Assembly: GCA_964247055.1 (NCBI GenBank)
Contig: OZ176055.1
Span: 3,968,001-4,032,000 of the forward strand
DNA from: Paragordius varius
Taxonomy: Eukaryota; Animalia; Nematomorpha
Length of the DNA stretch: 64,000 nucleotides
Reading direction: 5' to 3'
Shown: positions 24,415 to 37,471 of the stretch, one piece after another
How the letters are laid out: each line of letters begins with the position of its first letter
Numbering within the stretch: position 1 is the stretch's first letter
Notes under the pieces: model-generated
What the model saw: the letters and a program-made list of their open reading frames with translations, nothing else
Database searches by the model: none
Told to the model about the DNA's origin: nothing
Position numbers and translations under genes: made by a program

Positions 24415-27047
24415 ATGCCGTTTGATCCGGGTAATAATTATTTATAATGCAGTTTTGACTAAGTTATTGTATTCTAATATATTTATTAATATAATTTTTA
24501 AGATTATTAGGTATTCTTTTAGCATTTATAGAATAAGTTTGCCGCTGATATTACAATATAAAAATGCTTATTTTTAATTTACAATGCATATTTATCTATA
24601 TAGAACCGTTTTGGATAATTCAACTACCGCGTAAAAAGAATCCACCAAATATGTAATATCAAAACATTCTTTTGAGGATGAATTTTTTTATTACATTTTA
24701 TGTTTATTGTTTTTTAGGTTCAAATAATCAAAGATAATTTTGACTGCACCATAACCCATTTAAAATTAATTACAAGTTTTATTATTACTTTTATTTATAT
24801 ATTTACAATAAATTATTACGCTTATGATATTCAGTTTTTACGGCATATATTTAAAAATAAACTGATGGTATTTTTGAAATCCAGTGGCTACCTACAGGCC
24901 GTCCTAAAAGTAAAAGAGAGCGCGTAGTATTTGCCCAACTCTGGTCGCCTAAATATTGTGTTAGGTAGTTATAATGATTTTTCCTAATGTTTATTGAAAC
25001 TGTTATTGGAATTTTAAATTTATGAATTTAACCTTTTTAAAAAATATTTAAAAGAAACTTTTTCTCTACATTTAGTAATGATCAAGAGTTCACACCCAGT
25101 TTTAACGTATGCCATATCCAATATGAGGATTGCATATCAAGAGGCAAAAATAGCTCGTAGCCACAACGAAGTAACTAAATAATTTTTTGTAAAAAAGATA
25201 ATTCGTTTAAAATATTAATTTGTTTTGTCAATATACATTGCTTTAAATAGAATTTTTTACGAAGTCTATAATTTTTTTCGAGACCGATCGGGGTATGGAT
25301 TGTAGATTCAACAAATAATGAAGTTATAGTGTCTGGACATGATACAAGGCTATCGAGTCAATGCTTTTTAAATTACGCAATGAATACTTATGCCAGGTAT
25401 TGTGGAAAAATAAAAAAGTATATATCATCTTTTGAACCCTATTTCCGTTAATTTTTAGCGTAAAATATTTGATAATTTTTTGTTTTAACATTTTCTTTTC
25501 AACTGGTTTTTAGATCATAGCAACAATATTTTAAACCTGACTTAGTTTAAACTTTTTTTCCATCATATGTATTTTTTGATTTTGCCTTGTTAGTATATAA
25601 AAATGAATTAAAATAGAAATTTTGCAAAATCAATACACTTAATAAAGTTTTACATATAATATTTATGACAGTAATATAGCAGAAAAGATGATAAATTATG
25701 CCAAGTCAAAACACAATTTATTTTTGGGTAAATTTGTTCAAAGGTTAATATAGAATGTTCAAGAATAACATATTTTTTGCGGGTGTATTTTATTTGAGTG
25801 TGAAAACTTATTCGAAGAAGAATGAATTGTTTAAGGGCGACTTCCATATATAAATAATAGTTCAAAGATTAGGTTGATAAAAATGCAGCTTGGTAAATAA
25901 AAATTTTACTCTAGTTAAAATAATAGAAATAATAATTTTTTAAACTCAAGTCATCCTCATAGTTTTAAATATTAGTTAGATAAAGCCTTATTCTCTACTA
26001 TTTTTTTTTTAAAAAAACTATAAAAATGTTTGCTAAAAAATCACAAGGCGAATATTTCATTTTAAAGTTTCACATTTTATATCAACTTTTATTAAAACAT
26101 AGTCAATACTATCGGCTATTTTTATTATACAAAACAATGCATTTTATAAATTAAACTAAAGGTTTACTATTTAGTATTTTATTTCTTTTTGGCAAAAAAT
26201 AACCGAACATTTAATTTAAATACATCTTTTTTTTCGTTTTTTAGAAATAGCTATTCCGAGAAAATGTATCTCCTTACCGGCTTACATGTATTTGTTACCC
26301 ATGAACCCTGTGTTATGTAAGATTTACATAATCATCAAAATATTCTTTTTAAAGGGGATAAAATAATTGTTTTTTTATCGGCTTAAACTTTTGTTTTCCT
26401 TTATCTGATATTTATGACTATTTTTGGATACTTGAATGTTCCCATAAGCTATGTTTTACAGGAAAAATTAATACTAGTGAATTACACGTTTTTAATATAT
26501 TACCTCTGTACATGACTATAAGTTCATTTTACTCTCCTTTTATCAAAAATTAGCCATTTTTTACGTCTTTATTGATGTATGAAGTTTTTTTCATAATTAG
26601 TTTTATAAACAATGCGTATAAATATATGAGTTACTCATTCTGATCATTATGCATTTTTACAAGATCATAATTTTTTAAAAATCGTATAAAGTTGATTAAT
26701 TCCCATAAACACACTAATCTCTCAGGATATAGAAGCTCTAATAATCCAAATCAATTTTAGTTTTCTTCAAAAGAGCGTCATGATTCGGATGTTAAACTCA
26801 AAACCGTTAAGTGGGGAATTCACTGTAGATGAATTTGCCATATTATTATATTAGGTGTTCTATGGCCTTACTTCATTCCCAGGTTAAATGTGTTTTTTAT
26901 GTGGAGGAATCCCAGTTTGGCGCCTTAAATGGAAAAAATAATAATATTTTGCTACAAAATTCACCCAAAACTAATCATAGCTTTCAAGTTTATCAATTAT
27001 CTTACCACCATTTTTCAGAACAAAGACCCATGTTGACTGAAACCTAA
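24415..27047 (+). CDS. ADAT3: ADAT3/Tad3-like tRNA adenosine deaminase subunit (multi-exon; possibly a pseudogene)
   Basis: Exon-like blocks: 24604-24652 (EPFWIIQLPRKK), 24718-24964 (VQIIKDNF..THLKLI / WLPTGRPKSKRERVVFAQLWSP), 25076-25170 (YAISNMRIAYQEAK), 25281-25396 (RPIGVWIVDSTNNEVIVSGHD), 26245-26316 (MYLLTGLHVFVTHEPCVM), 26855-27047 (CSMALLHSQVKCVFY..GALNG..NHSFQVY). EPCxMCxMALxH plus YLxTG is the ADAT3-type C-terminal signature. The 5' half needs several 1-nt corrections. Confidence 0.8.
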
Positions 27048-27758
27048 TTCGTGAAAAGGTATAGTCTTTTTTTCAAGAGCAATGGGTCAAGATCGACGCA
27101 TATATGTAAAGATGCGGATTAAAATAATACTCATTTTGCATGTGAAAAATAATAAATTTTATTATTACTTTTAAAATCCATGATTGTTTTAATAAAATGA
27201 TATCAATCAACCAATGTAAAATCTTGATAATTTTTCATTTTTTTAAAGTTGGTGTGCAATATAGACTTTGGAAGAATGGATAGGATATAAGTATAGATAT
27301 ATTTTTTTGTAACATGCCAACACACAATGGTTTTTTAAGCAACATATTTCATTTGTCGATCTTGTAAATATATATTGTTAATTTTGGTCAACTATCGACC
27401 AGAACTAAAGATTTTTATCTTGATTTTTTAAATAAATATTTTCCATTTCATTCAAACCATATAATTCGAATTTTCAAACTAAAAAGCTATATAGAAATGT
27501 TTGCGGATATTTTATAAGTTCTAATTAGTAAGGGATTTCTGTATCTCTTTAAAAATTTAGCTTTAATTAAAACTATTTGGCCAAAAAACCGGAACAGATT
27601 TTTTTGAACCAAACAGCCGAAACAATTTTTTAAAACCGTTTTTTAGCAATTCAGCAAATGAACAATACCGCCATATACTTATTTCAAATTTTATTCGTTC
27701 TATATCTAAACAAACATTGAATCATATATATATATTATTTATTTTATAATTCTTTATA

Positions 27759-28321
27759 TACCCTTTGCCTTCAAGTTGATCCTTGAATATAAGTTGGTCC
27801 TAGAACACTTCAAGTTGCTTAAAATGTTTAAATTTTGAATAAACCATTTTTGCATGTATTTTTTATTTTATTATTTTTTAACCTAATATTCTTTATTTAT
27901 TATATATTTATTCATTTAAAAATAAAAATTTGTTTAAAAAATATTTTTTTGTTGCAAACTAATTGTTTTCTAATTTAACAAAATTATTAACTTTTAAATG
28001 TATCAAATGAAAAATTGTAAATAATAACCCAGATATATATTTTATAATTACATTTTAAAATCTTATAAGTATCCAAAATAATTTTAAGAAATTATAAAGT
28101 TATATGGTTTCTGAATGATAAATGTTGATATTGATTTATAATTTAAGTTAACTACTAGAAAATAGGTTAACGTGAAAATAGATGAATGATAAACGATTTT
28201 ATTGATAAAAGTTAAAAAAACAAAAAAGTCAAAGGACTAACTTGAAAGGTTTAAGGACCAACTTGAAATGTTCAAAGACCATCTTAAAGTGTTGAAGGAC
28301 ACTCTTGAAGTGCAAATGGTA
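27759..28321. mobile_element. MITE with TACC(A/C)TTTGC TIRs and TA flanks
   Basis: Ends TA|TACCCTTTGCCTTCAAG and CTTGAAGTGCAAATGGTA|TA. ~21-bp subterminal tandem units (AAGGACCAACTTGAAA). Inverted homolog at 42420-42932. Confidence 0.75.
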
Positions 28322-29497
28322 TATTTTATTGAAACAAACACTAAGTAATAATGTAATTTTTCAACCATATTTTTTTATTCACAATTTATTTACAAAAGAT
28401 ATAAGGATAGATATTAGAGCTATTGTAACATATAATAAAACAATTTTAATTGAATTTTATCATTAGTGTTGGTTGAAAATTTAACGATATTTATGCGATT
28501 ATCTATGGAAGTCGTGAATAATAAAGCGGAATCCACATTACTGCTAGAACTTTTCTACTATCATTATGTTCATCATAATTATAATTGGGTATTTTTATTA
28601 AACTTAGACCGGTTATAAAAGCATTGTGGGCTTTAATGTTACATAGGACCTAAAAATAGGATTCTCATTAAAGTTTAAGACATAAGGCTAAATATCAAGA
28701 GTACGGTAAAAATTAAATTAAAACTTATAAATTAGACTATTTAGTGTTTGCTTATTCTATATAACCTCCCAATATAATTAAAAATGGGGAATATGAAATT
28801 GAGTGTGTGTTCAATATTCACAATCCAAAACATTAAAAATAATTAAGATTTCCAAAATTGTTTCTTTTTATAAAACATAGTATCTTTTTATTTATTTTGG
28901 GGTTTCGAATTTTTTAATGCCTAATGTCACAACCATATGTTAGCGCTGGTCTTATTCCTGCTTTTTAAAATGCCATTTAATTTCTTATATAAGATTATCG
29001 CTCGACATTTTCAGTATAATTTTAATTTTTTCTGTATTAAAATTGAAAAGTTCTCTAAATACTTTTGAAATAAATATTACATTTTAATTAAATTATAAAA
29101 TATATTTAAATTATTTTAGCCTAATTTAATTTTTTAAAAATATTTACTCGTAATAAGTATGAAATGGATGATTTTTTAAACGGCCAAAATGTCTATTTTT
29201 ATATTTGTTATATCATTATTTCCAGAATATTTAAAATTGAAATCGCTACTTGCTACTGATATTGTTATAAGTTGTATTTACTTTTAGTTTTCAAATTTAT
29301 TAAAAAATTATCTAACAATTTTAATTTGTATAAAAACCATTTCATTTTTAACACTCATATATATATAAACTTATTAATATCAGTTACAATTTATATGCCA
29401 CAATAATAAAAAAATTAAAATGGCTACTTTTATTGGGCAACCCCGTAAGAAATGGTTTAAAACTAATCTTTCGCGCAAATGTATCGTCGGACACGTA

Positions 29498-29774
29498 CAG
29501 TAAAAATTATAATACGGACAAAACGTAAAAGACAAATATCTTTTTGAAAGACAACCATATTTTTTTCAATCTTATTATTTTTTGATAGGTATAATTGTTT
29601 GAAATTGCAAGGTATGAAATATGGATGTATATTGGTAACACATTCAATTAGAATTTTATATTGTAATTAATTGATTTTTATGAATTAAGGTTTAAAAAAG
29701 TATGGTTGCCTCTATAAAAAATATATGTCTTTATATTACATTACGTTTTGTCAGTATAATTTTAATTTTAACTG
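29498..29774. mobile_element. Tc1/mariner-like MITE
   Basis: TA|CAGTAAAAATTATAATACGGACAAAACGTAA ... TTACGTTTTGTCAGTATAATTTTAATTTTAACTG|TA. Confidence 0.7.
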
Positions 29775-32380
29775 TATATATTGGCTCTAAAAAGTTGTAT
29801 GGTAACAAGGAAATTAACACACTACACAGAAAAGTGTCCTAGAAAATATATATTCTGGTAGAAAATATTCTCATGATCTATTGTTTTTGGTACTTACGAT
29901 TAATTAAAGTTTTTTGCAATTTTGTTGCCATTGATCCATATCAAAAAAGTGCAAAATTAACGCACATGCTAATTAAAATATTTTTAGTGAAAGCTAGATA
30001 CTCCATTCGACGAAAAATATTAATATATAATAACACTAGACAAAAATTTGATTTTTTTAAAGTGCTATGTTGTAAATTAAAAATTTATATCACAATGTAC
30101 ATAAATATATATTATTGGTTACTCAAGAATTTTTTTATTAGGGTTTATCATATTTTTTTGGCTTCGATTTAACATTAAGCTCGAAATTTTCATAAATTAA
30201 ACTTTCAGATATATAGCCAGGTATTTTATATCATTCGATGTTCAAAATTTTCAATAAAGTGTTCACAACTAATTTGAAAATCATATATATTAATTTAAAT
30301 TAAATATTAGGGTCACATTAGTATAAATAAAAAAATTATTTATTTTAATAAAAATCTATATCTACTAATAATTTTAGGATATTAAAATTAAAATGCATAG
30401 TTATAACTATAAATTTTTCACATAATGGTTAGAAAAGATCAAGAATCATTAATCTATATTTGTAGTCTTTGGATATTAAGAATTAGAAGCCTTTCAAGGA
30501 AAATAATTTATTTTAATGAGATGGTAATTAATATATAAAAATCTTCTGTTTTGAACATAAAAGCAATAAATAAGTGTTTTAATAAAAAAAAATGTTTTTT
30601 GATATTTTTTATACATTCATTGCATCTACACATAGTATGAGCTACTTTCATCCATCACTTTTAAAAATATATTTATTGACAAAAACGCTCTTGGTTCGCG
30701 AGTTTGTCGCTTCCTTTGTTCAATATTAAATTTCGATGTAAAACATATTAATAGACATTTTTTAGAGTTTTTATTGCTCTTTCTAATAATATTGTATAAT
30801 AAATGGACATTTGTTGTATTTAAAATATTTTTAGTAAAATTTTGAAGAGGGCGCATAATTATAAAAGAGATAATAAAAATTCTTAGGTAGCATAATTTTT
30901 AATTTAGATTTCCTGCTAAAATAGTAGTTGACAGGCAAACTCAAGTGGCAGAAAAATTAAAAATTAAACTTATATATATAATTAAAAAATTTGTCGTGGA
31001 AAACGCAAATTAGTGCCTTCCTTAAAATGTAGTTTTCCTAAAATCGCAAAGCCGAGGATGCGCGATAAGCATAAAGTGCAAATAAATAAAAAAATGCACC
31101 AAATTTGGATTGTAAAAAAATGCAATATAAAATCAACGTTAAATGACAAAAAAAATCAAAATTTTCAAATTATATAAAAGTGTTTTTTATAGTATCTTAA
31201 AGTGTATTATACCGTTTTGAATTACCAAGAAATACGCTTAAACAAAATGTTTTCGATTTATCTAAATTTTAAAATTTAAATTTGTAATTGTTTAGCTTCA
31301 TATTATAGTTCATGATATAATAAATGATATTTTTTGGATAGAACTATTTAATTTTAGCAAAATACTTTATTGATATAATAAGCGAATTTTGCTACTTTTT
31401 GATATGGAGCAATTAACAAAAGTGGAAATGGCGTTTCTCATTGAAGGCTTTATACTGAAAGCATCATACTAATTCTGATACATTTTCTTCCATAAATATA
31501 ATTCATGAGTCTAATTTTATACACTCCGATTTTGTCCGCATAATATTATTTTTTTGTAATAAAATTAAAATAATACGGATAAAACATAAAAATTAAACGA
31601 AAAATATTTTTTAAAAAGACAATTATTCCTCTATAGAACTTGATATTGCCTACGTAACCTATATAATTAATATTTTAAAATATATAATATGATTGTTTTA
31701 AGACGCACTATATTCCTGCAACACCCGCGTGGGTCGCATTTTCTTGAAAAAACGGGCGTGCCGCATTGAAATATATATGTGGGGATTTGTAATTATTTTA
31801 TTTCTTCATATTCGTTGCCTATTGGATAGACTTATTCAGAATATTTGTGTGAACAATATTTTTCGAGTATAATTTTACATTTCGCGAGTCGAATAGGATG
31901 TTCAAGACGATGTTGGACACCCTTGGTTCAGAAAATATGATGAATCTTATAAAAAAATATTTGCTTTTATTTATTACGTTTTGTCTGTATAATTATAATT
32001 TTTAGAAATATATAGAGTTGGCAATAAACACAAATGATTGAAGTTTTTTTAATAGATCTTGCCAATAACTTTTAATTTGGTTTAAAATGTATGTTTTGAA
32101 AAATTAGGAGTATACGAAATCGCTCTTTTCTTCAATTGTTTTTCCACACAACATGAAAATCTGTACAAAATAACCTTACCATATCTCAATATTATATATG
32201 ATTTAAATTTATTATTTTTGTATGATATAGTGACCATATTTTTGGGGTTATATGGATAATAAAACATTAATTAAATATATTGCCTATAATGACAATTTTT
32301 TTTGCAAATAAGTGTATTATTACAAAACAATGGTGAGATAAGTGTATGAAAAAAATGTGTTATGTTTCTGATGTAATGCA

Positions 32381-35300
32381 GAAGCCACCACTTTTAGTTA
32401 TTAGAATCAATAGAGTGTAAAATGTGGGTTATTTTGGTTGAGAACTAATTCGAAACAGCTTTTGCCGGACGGTTTAATGTATGACTTGGCCAACTTGATG
32501 CAACTGTATTAGATTATCCCATTTTTGTGTTTTACATCCATCCGTCACCGAAACTGCCACTTTCGAGTATTAGGATAGATAGAGTGTAAAATGTCGGTTG
32601 TTTTGGGAACTAATTCGAAACAGACTTGCCGGACGGTTTAATGTATGACTTGGCCAACTTGATGCAACTGTATTAGATTATCCCATTTTTGTGTTTTACA
32701 TCTATCCGTTACCGAAACTGCCACTTTCGAGTATTAGGATAGATAGAGTGTAAAATGTCGGTTGTTTTGGCTGAGAACTAATGCGAAACAGACTTTGCCG
32801 GACGGTTTAGTGTATGACTTGGCCAACTTGATGCAACTGTATTAGATTATCCCATTTGTGTTTTACATCCATCCGTCACCGAAACTGCCACTTTCGAGTA
32901 TTAGGATAGATAGAGTGTAAAATGTCGGTTGTTTTGGCTGAGAACTAATTCGAAACAGACTTTGCCGGACGGTTTAGTGACATGGCCAACTTGATGCAAC
33001 TGTCTTATTAGATTTCCCATTTGTGTTTTACATCCATCCGTCACCGAAACTGCCACTTTCGTGTATTAGGATAGATAGAGTGTAAAATGTCGGTTGTTTT
33101 GGCTGAGAACTAATTCGAAACAGACTTGCCGGACGGTTTAGTGTATGACTTGGCCAACTTGATGCAACTGTCTTATTAGATTTCCCATTTGTGTTTTACA
33201 TCCATCCGTCACCGAAACTGCCACTTTCGAGTATTAGGATAGATAGAGTGTAAAATGTCGGTTGTTTTGGCTGAGAACTAATTCGAAACAGACTTTGCCG
33301 GACGGTTTAGTGTATGACTTGGCCAACTTGATGCAACTGTATTAGATTATCCCATTTTTGTGTTTTACATTTATCCGTCACCGAAGCCGCCACTTTTAGT
33401 TATAAGTGTAAAATGTGGATTATTTTGGTTGAGAACTAATTAAAAACAGTTTTGTCCGGACGGTTTAATGTATGACTTGGCCAACTTAATGCACCTGTCT
33501 TATTAGATTATCCCATTTGTGTTTTACATCCATCCGTCACCGAAACTGCCACTTTCCAGTATTAGGATAGATAGAGTGTAAAATGTCGGTTGTTTTGGCT
33601 GAGAACTAATTCGAAACAGATTTTGTCGGACGGTTTAATGTATGACTTGGCCAACTTGATGCAACTGTATTAGATTATCCCATTTTTGTGTTTTACATCC
33701 ATCCGTCACCGAAACTGCCACTTTCGAGTATTAGGATAGATAGAGTGTAAAATGTCGGTTGTTTTGGCTGAGAACTAATGCGAAACAGACTTTGCCGGAC
33801 GGTTTAGTGTATGACTTGTCCAACTTGATGCAACTGTATTAGATTATCCCATTTTTGTGTTTTACATCTATCCGTCACCGAAGCCGCCACTTTTAGTTAT
33901 TAGAATAGATAGAGTGTAAAATGTGGGTTATTTTGGTTGAGAACTAATTAAAAACAGTTTTGTCCGGACGGTTTAATGTATGACTTGGCCAACTTAATGC
34001 ACCTGTCTTATTAGATTTCCCATTTTTGTGTTTAACATCCATCCGTCACCGAAACTGCCACTTTCGAGTATTAGGATAGATAGAGTGTAAAATGTCGGTT
34101 GTTTTGGCTGAGAACTAATGCGAAACAGACTTTGCCGGACGGTTTAGTGTATGACTTGGCCAACTTGATGCATCTGTATTAGATTATCCCATTTGTGTTT
34201 TACATCCATCCGTCACCGAAACTGCCACTTTCGAGTATTAGGATAGATAGAGTGTAAAATGTCGGTTGTTTTGGTTGAGAACTAATTCGAAACAGACTTT
34301 GCCGGTCGGTTTAGTGTATGACTTGGCCAGCCTGATGCAACTGTATTAGATTATCCGATTTGTGTTTTACATCTATCCGTCACCGAAACTGCCACTTTCG
34401 AGTATTAGGATAGATAGAGTGTAAAATGTCGGTTGTTTTGGCTGAGAACTAATGCGAAACAGACTTTGCCGGACGGTTTAGTGTATGACTTGGCCAACTT
34501 GATGCAACTGTATTAGATTATCCCATTTGTGTTTTACATCTATCCGTCACCGAAACTGCCACTTTCGAGTATTAGGATAGATAGAGTGTAAAATGTCGGT
34601 TGTTTTGGCTGAGAACTAATGCGAAACAGACTTTGCCGGACGGTTTAGTGTATGACTTGGCCAACTTGATGCAACTGTATTAGATTATCCCATTTTTGTG
34701 TTTTACATCCATCCGTTACCGAAACTGCCACTTTCGAGTATTAGGATAGATAGAGTGTAAAATGTCGGTTGTTTTGGCTGAGAACTAACTCCAAACAGAC
34801 TTTGCCGGACGGTTTAGTGTATGACTTGTCAAACTTGATGCAACTGTATTAGATTATCCCATTTTTGTGTTTTACATCTATCCGTCACCGAAGCCGCCAC
34901 TTTTAGTTATTAGGATAGATAGAGTGTAAAATGTGGGTTATTTTGGTTGAGAACTAATTAAAAACAGTTTTGTCCGGACGGTTTAATGTATGACTTGGCC
35001 AACTTAATGCACCTGTCTTATTAGATCTCCCATTTGTGTTTTAAATCCATCCGTCACCGAAACTGCCACTTTCGAGTATTAGGATAGATAGAGTGTAAAA
35101 TGTCGGTTGTTTTGGTTGAGAACTAATTCGAAACAGGCTTTGCTGGACGGTTTAGTGTGTGACTTGGCCAACTTGATGCATTGTATTAGATTATCCCATT
35201 TGTGTTTTACATCCATCCGTCACCGAAACTGCCACTTTCGAGTATTAGGATAGATAGAGTGTAAAATGTCGGTTGTTTTGGCTGAGAACTAATTCGAAAC

Positions 35301-35589
35301 AGACTTTGCCGGACGGTTAGTGTATGACTTGGCCAACTTAATGCACCTGTCTTATTAGATCTCCCATTTGTGTTTTACATCCATCCGTCTCCGAAGCTGC
35401 CACTTTCCAGTATTAGGATAGATAGAGTGTAAAATGTCGGTTGTTTTGGCTGTGAACTAATTCGAGATTTACGGTTTAATGTATGACTTGACCAACTTGA
35501 TGCAACTGTCTTATTAGATTTTCCATTTGTGCTTTACATCCATCCGTCACCGAAGCCGCCACTTATGAGTATTAGGGTGGATGGGTAAG
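32381..35589. repeat. Second ~169-bp satellite array, ~19 monomers
   Basis: Same monomer and same terminal variants as array 1 (starts GAAGCC.CCACTTTTAGTTATTAG, ends GAAGCCGCCACTTATGAGTATTAGG.TGGATGGGT). Confidence 0.99.
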
Positions 35590-37209
35590 GTGTGTGATTT
35601 ATCGTGTTAAAATTAAAAAAACATTAGATTTAATAAAATGATTGTTGCTCAAATTATAGAAGCACAATTTTTAAACAATTTCACTCGATCAAAAATATTT
35701 TATAGACAAAATGTTTGAACAAAAGACAATTTTTTACAGAAAGAAAAATACTTTTTATAATCTAAATATTTCCTACATAAATTATATAATTCCAAAAAAT
35801 TTTATAATTGGGGTATATTAATTTAAATATCTTTTGACAAAAACGACAAAATATACGGTTGATTTTTTTCATAATTTTTACATGTTATCTCTTTAATGAA
35901 TTACTCTAAATTTCGCTCACAAATATTAATTAAAATTAAATATATCAAAGTATTACCTTATATCAAAGATGGTAACTTATGATAGCTTTATTTTAAAAAT
36001 GTATTTACTCATTGTTTGACATCCACTACTATAGGGGTCTATTTAAATGACAATTAAATATTCTATTTCTTGGCTATAACACTGATTATACATGTCATAA
36101 CATATGATATTCAGAATAATAAAATAAATTTGGCAGACGTATGAATTTTAAATAATAAATATATTTAATATACTCATTACACATAAGTTTTATGCAGAAT
36201 TATCATAGGCCTATTAGTTAATCCAAATCAACACAACAATTAAAGGCTTGTGATCGAGAAATGTTTCATTGGTGTTTGTAGGGAGACATCAAGGAACTTC
36301 AAGAAATTTTTAATTTAACACAATAGATTGCCAGATCAAGTGGAATCGTTAAATTTCGCTAGTAACGTATAGGCCATAAAAGTCACTCATTATACATTGA
36401 ATGATTTTATGGGACATTTATTCATCACGTTTTTTACCTAATAAAACTAACTGATAATAAAATTTATTAAATAAAACATGTTCAATTAATGAATTCCCTT
36501 TAAAAATGATTTCCTTTTTTTTCGGTCTTTTAAGCCTTCTAATCTGTCGTTTGAATCAATTACCTAAATTTTATTAAATTTATTATAGACAAATTGTTGA
36601 ACAGCATAATCATTTATTGGAATTTTACGCACAGTTTTATAACAAGTTCTTTCAATTTCTTAACCATTTTCTATTGTTGTGCCCATTCTTTCATCTATGG
36701 CTTTTTAACACAACGAATATTAGTTTTAGAAGTTATTATTTTACAAAATCAAATACATGGTTAAAACTGATAAATTGTTTAACCATAAATTAATAAAAAA
36801 AAATTGATTAAATCAAGGTTAATTATCTTATTCAAAAAAAAACCTATTTCAAATCTTACATTAATGTTCCAGATAATAATTAAATTTGTTTCAAATAATA
36901 TTTTTGGATATAAAATAAGCTCAATTTACACAATTTTTCAAAATTTGGGTTGCTAATTCCTGGGCTTTTTTGCAAGCCAAGAAAATGACAGCCTAATTTC
37001 GTCTGAACTGTTCTCTATTGTGATAAATGAGCTATATCTATAAAAAATATGATTAAAAAATTAGTAACCTTGTCGGACATAGTTTTTAAAATGTTCACTA
37101 TTTTTCATTTCCGGTTCCAAATTATTATTTATGACCTTAAGATGTGGTCCCATTTATTTGACATATTCCAACTTAAATGCCAAGAAGTTCAATTATGGAT
37201 AAACAGGTA

Positions 37210-37465
37210 CAGTAAAAACTGTAATTACGCGGACAAAACGTAAAAATAGAAAGAAAAATATTTTTTAATTAAAAGACAACCATACTTTTGATCTCAATCC
37301 TTTCTAAATTATTTATTCACAGTCGTTAAATATTTAATTGAGTATGTTACCAATATATATCTCTGTTCCATACTTTGCAAATTTAAATGAGCTATAATTT
37401 AAAAAATCGAGATTTTAAAAAAACATTTATCTTTCTTTTTGCCCATATAATTTCAATTTTTACTG
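37210..37465 (+). mobile_element. Tc1/mariner-like MITE
   Basis: TA|CAGTAAAAACTGTAATTACGCGGACAAAACG ... TTGCCCATATAATTTCAATTTTTACTG|TA. Confidence 0.7.
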
Positions 37466-37471
37466 TATATA

